Shown here in pieces: positions 47,130-59,700 of a DNA stretch of 64,000 nt. Position numbers and translations under genes: made by a program. The stretch is from the NCBI GenBank assembly GCA_043228905.1, contig JBHGNT010000004.1, forward strand, positions 6,324,001 through 6,388,000, in the 5' to 3' direction. Positions within the stretch are counted from its first letter, which is position 1. Each line of letters begins with the position of its first letter. The notes beneath the pieces were generated by a model. That model made no database searches and was not told the origin of the DNA. It saw nothing but the letters and a program-made list of their open reading frames with translations. Source of the stretch: Azolla caroliniana (taxonomy: Eukaryota; Plantae; Polypodiophyta).

Positions 47130-48243
47130 TGTAGAAAGCAACGTGCGGAAGCAAGTATGAAGACCGAACAGAAGGAAGGAAACTCAGGTTTAATGGAGAG
47201 CTTGAGCTTACACGGTATACGTGGGAGAGACAGAGAGAGTGAGAGAGAAGACACAAAAAACTATATTCAACAATAATACTCAATCTATACATAAGATGTG
47301 CTCAGAGAGCACTTTTATACAAGTCCTAGAAGGACTGACCGAAGTACTGACAGTACTTCAATGCTCATCAAGAGCTCCTACACTAACTCCCAATATATTC
47401 CTCATGGAATATCTTTCCTAACGGCCTCCCGGTTTATGCACTCGACCTAACCGATCGGTCCCAACCGATCCGGTCCTCGCCTTCTTCAGCCGATCCGGTC
47501 GATGTTGAGCTTGTCTCTCAACACTCCCCCTCAAGCTCAACTTGAGGCCTTTCGGGATCTTCACAGCACTGGTTCCTCCTGGCTTCTCGCCTCGCTCGCG
47601 CTCCTCGACCTCATGTGGCTTCCAGTCAGCTTGTCTGCTCATGTGGCCCTCATCAGCTCTTCTGTTGTTGCGGTGTTGACGACTTTTCTTCTGCTTGGGC
47701 CTCTGTTGATTCAGTGTGTCTGAATCAAACATCTGAACCGACTCGGCTACTTCCGATCGGTTTTCGCTCTATCCATCGTTCTTCTCATTCTTCTTCGTCA
47801 AGCTGTGTCGGCTGTAGAGAGGTTCTCAACCCTCGTGCTCTGATACCATGTAGAAAGCAACGTGCGGAAGCAAGTATGAAGACCGAACAGAAGGAAGGAA
47901 ACTCAGGTTTAATGGAGAGCTTGAGCTTACACGGTATACGCGGGAGAGACAGAGAGAATGAGAGAGAAGACACAAAAAACTATATTCAACAATAATACTC
48001 AATCTGTACATAAGACGTGCTCAGAGAGAACTTTTAGACAAGTCCTAAAAGGACTGACCGAAGTACTGACAGTACTTCAATGCTCATCAAGAGCTCCTAC
48101 ACTAACTCCCAAATATATTCCTCACGGAATATCTTTCCTAACGGCCTCCCGGTTTATGCACTCGACCTAACCGATCGGTCCCAACCGATCCGGTCCTCGG
48201 CTTCTTCAGCCGATCCGGTCGATGTTGAGCTTGTCTCTCAACA
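47130..48243 (-). mobile_element. Element M: TRIM-like non-coding LTR element (1114 bp) related to J
   Basis: LTRs 47130-47523 and 47849-48243; TSD ACCTT; 325-bp interior with iMet PBS and PPT. Confidence 0.95.
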
Positions 48244-51200
48244 ACCTTGGCACTTGCAGTATTCCTCGAACTGCCCTTTGCACTCGCCACTATTGTCGGT
48301 TCGGACAACTTTAAGTTTTCGACCTGACTCTCTTTTAGTTCTTGCCTGGAACTCCTTGAAAACCGACAGTACTTGATCTTTCGACTTCAGTATGAAGGCC
48401 CATGTCTTCCAACTATGGTCATCGATGAACGTTACAAAGTATTGTCCTCCTCAATGCGATGGAGCATCCACATAGCAGACATCTGTGTGCACTATTTTCA
48501 GTGCAGCTTCTCTTCTCCTCAGTGGTCTGGTGTGGTCTTTCTGGCTAAGCAGTCGACATACTTCTCCAAGTGCACTCCCTTGACTTCTGGTAGAAGTTTC
48601 TGGTTGGCTAGCAGGTGCATTCCCTTCCCACTCATGTGGCCTAGCCTCTTATGCCATATCTCCCCTGTCGAGTCGGCTGCCACATTTACTTCCGATTTGC
48701 ACAGTCGGCCATGCATCATGTACAATGTGCCTTCTTTCTGTGCTCGGGCCACTATGAGATTTCCTCGGTAGAATTTCGACTTGCCATTCCGAAAACTACC
48801 ATTGTAGCCTTTGTCATCAAGCCTTCCAGTCAATATCAGATTCAATCTTATATCGGGGATGTGTCGAACATCCTTCAACGTTAGTCGACACCCTGTCGAC
48901 ATCGTTAAGCACACACTTCCGACTCTGGTTATCTTGCACTCTCCACTATCACCCATCTTTACATAGCCATGATCCCCGGCTATGTAAGTCGAGAAATACT
49001 CTCTCGACGGAGTAATGTGAAAGGATGCCCTAGAGTCGATCACCCAAGTGCACTCTTCGCTTGCAAGATTTGCACTTGTCTATTCACAGATGAATAGAAG
49101 TTCCTCATTGCTCGTAGCAATGGCCGAAGTGTTCTTTTCATCCGGAATTGTTTGGGGTTCGACATTATTTCCGACACTCTTGTCTTTCTTCATGTGTCGG
49201 CAGTCCTTCTGGAAGTGTCCAGGTTTTCCACAATAAAAGCACACAGGATTACCTCTAGACATCGATCTGACGTGGGATTTGTTTGTTCGTTGCGGACTTC
49301 TTCTTCGTTGGTCCCTCCCTTTGTCCATGTGTTGAGTCAGATTTGACTCCGTTTGGGACAGGACTCCTTTGTCTTTCCTCCTTGCCTCCTCGTTTAGGAT
49401 GCTTGTCTTCACCGTCTGTAAAGACAAGTTCTCTTCTTGACAGGAGGTGCTGAGAGTAACCACCAGGTTCTCCCAGCTTTTCGGCAGTGTGCACATCAGC
49501 AGGATGGCTTGCATTGCATCATCCAAGGGAAACTTGGTCGCCGCAAGTTGATTTACATACCCCATGAATGTGCTGATGTGTTCGACGATGCTCTCACCGT
49601 CTCTGTATTTCAGCCGTATGATTTATCTCATTAGCGAGGTTCTGTTTAGCGCGTTCTTCCTCTCGTACAGACCCAACAGCTTCTGCCACATCTCGTGGGC
49701 ATTCGTGTCGTTCGCCACATGCTGAAGCACACTTACATCGACACATTGTTGGATTGTGGCCACCAGCTTCCTATTCAGAAGCTTCCAGTCCGACTCCAAT
49801 ACCCCCCTGGGTATTTCTTCTCTGTCAACTAGCTCGTACAGGTCTTTAACTATGAGAAGGTCCTCCATCTTTATCTTCTAGTCTGCATAGTTTTGTGAGT
49901 TCAGAACTATCATACCTAGGAAACCGCTAACACCTCCTTCCATGCTTGCACCTCAAGCTCTGATACCAGTTTGATGAGAAATCAATGCGGAATTCAAATC
50001 ACAATAGACAAACAACGTTGAATTACGAATCACACTTGAATAACAGAATAGACAAGATAAATAATGGTGCACAGAGATTACATGGAAACCCTGAAACAGG
50101 GAAAACAACGGGTGAATAGAATCTTCACTATACGAAGTGGATATACAACACGGAGATGATTACAACACTCTGTCGAGTGTATCAGTCGCACATGGCTCTG
50201 CGCGTCTGCTATTACACACACAGCTATGGCGCGGCTATACCTTCTCTCTCTCTCTCTCTCTCTCTCTTGCACACACAAAACTTCTGTATATACTCTATTC
50301 CACACAGTTAAAGTTTGCCCTAGTTACATATATATACTTACGCAACTTTTCTGGCTATTTACATACGTAGCCCTCATGTGGCGCACACATAGACTATTTA
50401 CAAATATAGTCTCCCGAGTTGGCTATTTACTCAATTCCGGTTTCGGCCTCGGCCGAATCCCTCATCAACTCAGTTCCTCGATTGTCGACTTTCCTGACGG
50501 TCAGATCTTCCTCCCCCTGGAGGGACATATTCCCAACATCTTCAAGGTGACCTTGAAGACCGGGTCTATATGATCCAAACCCCCAGTTATCAATCAAAGA
50601 TGAACAAGTCGGTAGTGTGCCGACTCAAGAAGTCTTGGAATGCGATGATCACGCACCGGTTGCCTAAGATGGGGTTTGTAGCCTCAAAGTCTGACTCATC
50701 GCTGTTCATCTGGAAAGGTCTAGATGGTCTGGTTTGTATCCTACTATATGTTGATGATTTAGTCAACACCAGACCCGATCTCAATGAAATCGGCATAGTG
50801 AAGTCCCAGTTGTCGGACGCATTTGAAATGAAGGACTTGGGGGACCTTCATTATTTTCTTGGGATTGAGGTGATCCGGACCCCCGATGGAATATTGCTAT
50901 CACAAAGACACTATGTGTTGAATATGTTGTACAAGTTCGGCATGACGGAATGCCGACCGATCTCCACACCCTAGATCGGAACCTGAAGCTACGTCCCGAC
51001 TCTAGCCCAGTTTGCGATGAGAAAGGGTTCCAACAAATTGTCAAAAGCCTTATATACTTGACGATCACCCGGCACGACATCAATTATCCAGTCGGGGTGA
51101 GCAGCCAGTTTATGCAGAAGCCGACCGTGGAGCACCTTTAGTGCGCACATCCACTATTGTGATATGTGAGCGGCACAAAGGACTGGGGATTGTTATACCG

Positions 51201-52707
51201 ACACGGTAAAATTGGGAAGCTAATTGGATATACCGATGCCGACTAGGTTGGTGATGCATCGGATCGTTGAGCCACCTTCGGTTACATGTTTTCTCTAGGT
51301 AGCGCGGTTGTTGCATGGAGCAGAAAAAACAGCCAACAATGGCTCTGTTGAGCACTGAGGCTGAGTACTAGGGCGCTACCATTGCCACCTGTGAAGCCAT
51401 CGGGCTTCAATGACTATTGCAAGACCTCTGGATCGAGGTGCCGAGCCCGATCTTGATTTATTGTGACAACATAAGTAGCATACACCTTGCCAAGAACCCT
51501 GTATTCCATGCTCGGACAAAGCACATAGAAGTGCATTATCACTTTGTTCGTGAGCAGGTCCTAAGTAGTGAAGTTGAATTGGTATGTTCACATGGATCGG
51601 CAGGTTTCCGACATCTTCACCAAGCTGTTTGGATCGGACAGGTTGCAACATTTTTCGGAGATACTTGGCATTAAGCATCTCGATGTGCCGCACTTAAGGG
51701 GGAGAACAGGAACGGGAACGGATGGCACCGGACAAGGAGCCGGAGAGGAAGAAAGAACCAAGGGAGGAGATGAGAAAAAAAGGAAGCCGAGCCGACTGAA
51801 GGAGTCGGCACATTCGAACAAGTCGGAGCAAGTGGCAGCAACGGTAGAGTCAAGAAGGACAAAGCCAACCGGAAGAAGGCCAAGACCCGAACGTGGTCTG
51901 ATGTGTTGAAGGGCCTAAAGGCGAAAGACAAGTTGGAGACTACCAACTCGGACAAGAGCTGGAACAAATCAGAGGAAGTCGATTTAGTTCAATAATTGGA
52001 TTCAGAAGAGCCGGATCAATTAAAGGCCAAGCGGACGAGAAGGCAGTGGAAGTCGACATCGACACGGAGGAACCGATGGGTCGACAAGTGATGGAGTCAT
52101 AGCGGCGAAGGAGCTTAGATGGGCCTGTTGAGTAGACAAGCCGACCAAGGAGTTCAAGATGCGCAGAACCGGACGAGTCGTGGGAAGTAGAACCGGACCG
52201 GACGAGGAGCGAGAGCAAGGCGGGAGGATGTCAGAAGGAGCTGGAGAAAAGGATTGGCTACTGCAGACACTGACACCACGATCCGACCTCAACTTGAGCT
52301 TGAGAGGGAGTGTTAAACGAGCAAGCTCAACCATATCCGGATCGGTATCCGGATCGGAGAGCCGGATTCAAATGTGAACCGGAAGGCTAGTAGTAGCCTA
52401 TACTCCTAGACTACTAGGTAGTCAGAATCCTCGTAGTTAGTGTCAGCCACTCGTATGAGCATTGAAGTACATAGTACTTCTATCAGTCCTTTTGAGGACT
52501 TGTATAAATAGTGCTATTTAGCACGTTGTATATAGAGAGTGATACATAGTGTCATTTTTTTAATAGAGTTTATGTTTTGATGTCTCTATCTCTCTGTCTC
52601 TCCCGTGTATGCTAAATACTCTCAAGCTTCCATTGAACCTGTGTTTTTATTCACTGCTGCGATCGGGCTAAACCGGTATGTCAAGCTTCCAAACACTAAC
52701 TTTTACA

Positions 52708-55700
52708 GAAATGAAGGAGCATGCCGAATCGTCGGCATTGGAGATGTGTCTTTGGAAACATCAACCGGGTGCAAACTCGCGTTGAGAGATGTACGACACG
52801 TTCTGGAGGTTCGATTGAACCTAATATCAGTCGGTCTAGATGATGAAGGCTACACAGGTAGCATCCAGAATGGTGTCATGAAGTTCTGCAAGGGAAGTAT
52901 GATCATGGCTTGAGCCCGGAAAACCATACCATTGTATATAATGAATGCTCGAATATGCCAAGACGAAGCAAATGTGGCAGCCGACACGATCGGTGAACTG
53001 TGGCACAGGAGGTTGTGGCATATGAGCTAGAAGGGCATGTGAAAGCTTGCCGAGAACAACCTCATTCCGGAGGTGAAGAACGTGCAACTTGAGAAGTGCA
53101 CTGATTACTTGGCTGACAAGAAGAATCGAACATCTTTCCGAACAAGGCCCCCGATGAGGAAGAAAATGCCATTGGAGCTCGTGCATACAAACGTATGCTA
53201 TGTGGACACGAAGTAGCATGGTGGTTCACAGTATTTCGTGACCTTCATTGATGAATGTAGTAGGAAGTTTTGGGCTTCTGTGCTAAAGACAAAGGATCAA
53301 ATGTTATCCGTCTTCAAAGAGTTCCAAGTGAGGGCCGAGAGAGAAACCGGCAGAAAACTGAAGGCAGTCCGAGCAGACAATGGTGGAGAGTACCGTCGAC
53401 CATTTGAGGAATATTGTCGAAATCAAGGAATCCGGCTCGAGTATACCGTGCCGAAGACGCCATAGCTTAATGGGTTGGCCGAGAGAATGAACTAGACCGT
53501 AATGGAAAGGGTCCGAAGTATGCTTCCACATGCTAAGTTACCGAAGACGTGCTGGGTTGAGGTGCTGATGACGGCAACGTACGTGATAAACCGATCACCC
53601 TCAGTACCCTTGGACGGTGATATTCCACAAAGGATGTGGAGTGGCAAAGATGTATCATACCAACATTTGAGGGTGTTTGGTTGTCTTGCTTATGTGTATG
53701 TGGCAAAGGACCAAAGGGGGAAGTTGTACCCGAAATCCCGGCCATACATATTTCTCGGCTATGGCAATGATGAATCTGGCTATCGTCTATGGCACTTAGC
53801 TGAGAAGAAAGTGATTAGGAGCCGCGACATTGTCTTCATGGAGGAAACGACAATAATTGACTGGGAGATTGAGAATAAGTCTCCAACTACCGAATCGAAC
53901 CGAGTCGACGCTCGACCGAATCAAGTAGAAGCCGATTCGATCAAAATCGAATACGAGCTAGTCGGCCGAGTTAATACTCGGCAAAATCGAGAACTAACTG
54001 AAGAGCAAGAGGAAATGGCCGAACAAGGAACCGAATTCGAATCGGCCGAAGAAGTCCGAGAAGAACCGACCATGCCGAATGGAGGCCGAAGATACCCCCT
54101 AAGAGAAAGGAGGGCCCCCTGAAGATTTCTAGATGAAGGGGGAGCTGGAAAGCTTTGAAGAAGCTAACGAATATACCCACAGCCGAAAGTGGTTGAGTGT
54201 CATGCAAGAGGAGATGGATTCCTTGCATGAGAACCACACATATGAACCAACCTAACTGTTGAGAGGAAAGAAGGCACTTCAGAATAAATGGGTATACAAG
54301 TTGAAACCGGGACATGGCAGGAATCCACCCAGGTACAAAGCACGAATCGTCATGAAAGGCTTTCAGCAGAAGAAGGGTGTCGATTTCGATGAAATATTGG
54401 CCCCGGTCATAAAGATGACGTCAATCTGAACCGTGATGAGCATCGCGGCCAGCATGGACCTCGAAGTCAAACAACTGGACATCCAGACTCCCTTCCTCCA
54501 TGGAGATTTGGAGGAAGAGATATACATGAACCATCCAGAAGGATTCGTGGAAAAAGGTGAAAAAAATCTGGTATGCTGATTGAGGAAGAGCTTGTACGGG
54601 TTGAAGCAAGCTCCTCGGCAATGGTATCGAAAATTCAAATCCTTCATGATCGACAATGGGTACCACAAAATGTAGGCCAATCATTGCGTATTTGTGAAGA
54701 AATTCGACGGAGGAGATTTCCTCATCCTCCTATTGTACATGGATGACATGCTAATTTTCAAACGGGACCATACGAAGATCTGAGTGTTGAAGAAAACCTT
54801 GAGCATATTGTTCTCGATGAAGGATCTGGGTCTGGCAAAGCAAATCCTAGGGATGCACATTGTTCAGGATCGAACAAAGAAATTGTTGTGGTTGTCACAA
54901 GAAAAATACATGAAAAAGGTGCTCTAGAGATTCGGTGTGGAAAGCGTGAAACCATTCGTTGCAACACTGCCGACGAACTGCAAGCTAAGCAAAGAACAAT
55001 GTCCGAAATCGAAAACTGAGAAGGCTGAGATGTCAAAAGTTCCTTATGCCTCAACAGTTGGAAGCCTGATGTATGCGATGGTATGTACCAGCCCGAACAT
55101 AGGATACGCAGCCGATACATGAGCAACCCTAGAAGAGAGCATTGGGTTGTCGTGAAGTGGATACATCCGTACGTAAAAGGCACCTCAAACATATGTCTTC
55201 GTCTCGGTTTGGGTAACCCCACACTGAAAGGTTATATTGACTTGGACATGTTGGCTGATGTGGATACTAGCCGATCCACGACCAGCCCGAACATAGGATA
55301 CGCAGCCGATACATGAGCAACCCTAGAAGAGAGCATTAGGTTGTCGTGAAGTGGATACATCCGTACGTAAAAGGCACCTCAAACGTATGTCTTCGTCTCG
55401 GTTTGGGTAACCCCACACTGAAAGGTTATATTGACTTGGACATGTTGGCTGATGTGGATACTAGCCGATCCACGTCCAGGTACATAATGACTTATGCAGG
55501 GCGAGTTGTTTCGTGGCAATCGAGGTTGTTGAAGGCCATGGCGTTGTCCTCCACGAAAGCCGGCAACGAAATCATATGGATGAAGGAGTTTATCGGTGAG
55601 TTGGGAATTCGGCAGAAGGAATTCCAACTCCATTGTGATAACCAGAATGCCATCCACCTTGCGAAAAATGTCTCCTACCACTCGAGGACCAAACACATCC

Positions 55701-56390
55701 AGAGAAGATATCATTGGCTCCAAGAGCGAGTACAAGAAAAGGAGTTTACTCTAGTGAAGATCCACATGGCCGAAAATGGATCGGATATGCTAACGAAGGT
55801 GTCGTTAGCCAAAAAGCTAAACGTGTGCCGATAGAGAGTCGGTTTGGTGAAGTACCCCATTCTAGAGTGAAGGGCAAGTTTGTTGGGAAACATGTCCCTC
55901 CGCATGAGAAGAGAAGTACCGTGTTGGTGAGTATCTCGAAATCAAAAACTGAAATTGTTTCGGAAGACTATAATTGTAAATAGTCTAAAATGCCCCTTGT
56001 GGACTATACTTGTAAATAGCAAGAAAGTTACTTTTGTTTATAAGAAACTATGGCAAACTTTAGTTACGCGTAGTTGATCATTATTGAAAATGAACGAGGT
56101 AGTTGCCTCTATAACCATGAGTGAGAGTGAGAGAGTGTAACTTTCTAGTCGTCTGTCAGACGAAGGAGAACTCAAGGTCGTTGCCTCCGAGTTCCGTATT
56201 TGTACTTCCTCTCTACTATAGTGATCTGTTTCCTCGGGTTTTATGGACATCTGTGGTTTTTCCCATTTCTGGTTTTCCACATAAAATATCGGTGACTCTA
56301 TGTCTGCACGTTCTTTGTCTATGTATTAGTTCTTGGCTTCTACACACGAACGCGAACGTGTAACCGGTTGTGGCCGGTTGATTCCTAACA
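52708..56390 (+). mobile_element. Element O: old Tnt1-like Copia, protease to 3' LTR (55881-56390)
   Basis: Many-stop homologue of E pol; LTR TGTTGGG...CTAACA. Confidence 0.9.
55087..55474. repeat. 194-bp tandem duplication inside O
   Basis: 55087-55280 is nearly identical to 55281-55474. Confidence 0.95.
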
Positions 56391-56600
56391 TGTTGTACCT
56401 GTTCTTCCTTTGTACATCTCTAATATAGTGGAAGATCTGTTCTCCCGTTCTTTTTCCCATTTACAGTTTTCCACGCGTAAATCCTGTGTACACACACTGT
56501 GTAGTTGTGTAGTTGTGTAGTTTTGTATTTGCTGTTTTTACGTTTTTGTCTGTACATTTCCACATATCTTCCTCGCAAATCTATGATCTGTTTTCTAACA
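56391..56600 (+). repeat. 3' part of another Tnt1-like LTR
   Basis: TTTTTCCCATTT..GTTTTCCACG motif shared with C/E/O LTRs; ends CTAACA. Confidence 0.6.
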
Positions 56601-56640
56601 AGGAAGCACATGTATGGAAAAGTGATATCTTTAATGATGC

Positions 56641-56693
56641 TGTAAAGAATCGACAGTGATTCTTGTGCAGCGGAATAGACTAGAGATATGTGT

Positions 56694-56731
<38 letters not shown>

Positions 56732-59700
56732 AGAGAGAGAGAGTGTGTGTGAGAGAGAGAAACACAAGATAGATTTTAACAACAATAGAATACTCAAGAA
56801 GATGTATATTACAAAGGAGATTAATCGATCTAATTACAAAGTAGGAGGAGAGTGCTTTATGTAGTCACTCTCTCTGTTCATTAACTACCGAAGCTCATGG
56901 GTCATGGGGAATGTGAAAAATCATTAGTTATGTGTCATAGAATATGATTCTATGACACATAGTTAATGTGTAGATAAGAGTGGTGACTTTTGACCTTTGA
57001 GTGCACACTCTCAAGGGTGTGTTCACACACTAGACTAGGTTGAGCTTGATTCTCAACATGCCCCCTCAAGCTCAACTTTGGTCGGCTACTTCGGTTGATG
57101 TCCGCTTCGGCTCGTATCCGGTTTTCGCTTGTACTCCCCCTCAAGCTTGACAAGTTAGGGACCGTCAATCCAAGGTCTAACAGGAATTGCCGAAGCTTGT
57201 CGGCTCCTAAGGCTTTGGTGAAGATGTGGATGTCTGAAGATTCGTAGTGATATGTTGAAGGTCGACATCGCCAGCTTGAACGCGCTCTCGAATGAAGTAA
57301 TAGTGCACTTCGATATGCTTCGTGCGTGTGTGGAACACTGGGTTCTAAGCCAAATAAATACTGGTCATGTTGTCACAGTAAAGGGGAATTGGACATTTGA
57401 TGGGAACGCTCAGATCCTTCAATATCCTTTTAAGCCATACGGCTTCACATGCAGCCACGCCGCGCCACTGTATTCGGCCTCTGTGCTCGAAAGAGCGACG
57501 ATTAGTTGCTTCTAGCTACTCCAGGAGATGGCTCCACTTCCGATGGAGAAGACGAAACCAGAGGTTGATCGTCGGTCGGCTTTGTAGCCTGCCTAGTCGG
57601 CATCTATGTACCCCTCGAGTTGAATTGGCGTGGCCGACTTATAGAGAATGCCATAGTCCATCGTTCCGCTAATGTATCATAGCACTCTCTTAGCACAATC
57701 CAAATGGATGTCTCGTGGCATTTGCATGAACTAGCTAAGAAGGCCGATCAGATAGCTCAGGTCTGGTCGAGTGATCGTGAGGTAGATAAGACTACCGATC
57801 AGTTGTTGATACTGAGTCGGCTCACACTCTGTGGTGCCAGAATTGGCATCTAGTTTGAGGTTTCGGTTGAGAGGTGTTGCCACAGACTTGCACTCAATCA
57901 TCCTGAACTTGTATAACAAGTTGAGAATGTAGTCCCGTTGGGAGATCATAATCCCTAATGGAGTCTGAATTACCTCGATGCCAAGGAAGTAGTGGAGCTC
58001 TTTCATGTTCGTCATCTCAAATTTATTGGAAAGGAGGGATTTGACCTTGTTGATGTCGACTAGATGTTCACCTCCAATGACCAGATCATCCACGTATAGG
58101 ATGATGACAATCGAACTTTCGGAATCGCTTCTTACATACAAAGAATTATCGGATTTTGACATTCGGAAACTGATTCAATGAAGATATTGCGTTATCTTCG
58201 AGTGCCAAGCACGTGGTGCTTGCTTAAGGCCGTAGAGGGGCTTCTTGAGTCGGCATATGGCTTTCGGATGAATGTTGGATTCAACGCCGCGTGGTTGTAT
58301 CATGTACACCTCCTCTTCTAATTCGCCTTGAAGAAAAGTGTTCTTGACATCCATCTGGTGGAGGTGCCACCCTTTCGCTGATGCAAGCGTTATCACGGTT
58401 CGCACGGTTGTCATCTTTGCCATCGATGCAAAGGTCTCTTCAAAGTCAACGCCCTATGTTTGTGCGTAGCCCTTTGCTACGAGTCGAGCTTTGTAGCGGT
58501 TGACGGAACCATCGGCATTATTCTTCACTTTGTATATCCATCTGCAGCCGATTGCCTTCTTCTGCTGTGAGTGAGGGACGAGATCCCATGTCTCATTCTT
58601 TCTGAGAGCTTGCATCTCCTCGTTCATCGCTTCGACCCATCGCGGATCTTTAGCGGCTTCGGCAAAGCTCTCCGGTTCTCGAATTACTGCCACCTTCATC
58701 ATAAAGGCATAGTGGTATGCCATATAGTCGTTGTAGCCGAATCGGCTAACCGGATTCTTCTCTCGGGTGGAGTGACGGAGTTTCTCATTTGTCGATGTGA
58801 GTGCTTTCTCAACTCCAGGTGACCTCGTAAGAGACACATCAAAACCATCAAACTCACTATCGAGTGGATGAGTCGATTCGTTGCCGTCAAAGTGATCTTC
58901 TTCATATTCCGGCATTTTGGCCTTCCCTTTGTCCATCTTTGGACTTGGCCGAGATGTGCTTTGGTTGCTCGGAGGCTCTTGTGGTCCGCTGAATCTGGTT
59001 GAGATCGGACTCTCTTCGAGTATTGACCTTAGTTAATCATCGTCTTCTGTGTTGTTGAGGTCGTTCGTAGATGGTTCGGGAGGAGTCGGCTCGGGTTTAC
59101 ACGAGTCTTCCGAGTAGAGGGGTTGAAGCACTTGTACCCCTTTTGCTCGAGTGAGTACCCCATGAGGATGCACTTCTTTGATTTTGGGTCAAACTTCTAC
59201 CACTTCTCATCGGGAATGTGTATGTATGCAATGGAGCCGAATATCCTTACATGGGATAGAGTTGGCTTCTTCCCATAGTATTTCTCGTGCGGGGTGACCT
59301 CGTGCACTCCGGCTGTTGTGCACTGGTTCATGAGGTAGACGGCGGTATTTGCAGCTTCTGCCCAATCTGACTTGGGTATATGCTTCTCATTTAGCATGGC
59401 CCTTGCTACTTCGAGGATGTGCCGATTCTTGCATTCAGCTACACCGTTCTATTGCGGTGTGTGTCGGCAAGTGAATTCTCACCGAATTCCTTCTTGTTGA
59501 AGGTATGCCGTGAACGCATCAGAGAAGTATTCCTTTCCTCCGTCTGACCAAAGACATCGTACATGACGCCCAGTTGTCTTTTCGACTTCGCTTTTGAATT
59601 TTTGGAAGTGTGTAAACACTTCGCTCTTCATCCTCATGGGAAAGATCTATGTGTATCTAGAGAAGTCATCGATGAAGGTAACATAGTACCCACATCCTCC

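Larger units (their letters stand above)
39324..50538 (-). mobile_element. Element L: old Tnt1-like Copia hosting E and M
   Basis: 5' LTR 49972-50538, PBS 49957-49968, truncated 3' LTR 39324-39440, PPT 39441-39450; gag to RNase H fragments. Confidence 0.9.
38931..52707 (+). mobile_element. Element N: degraded J-type Copia (38931-39323 and 50539-52707), interrupted by L
   Basis: INT-RT linker KEKGKKKM; RT LLYVDDL; PPT 52301-52310; LTR 52311-52707; joining of the two parts is inferred. Confidence 0.75.
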
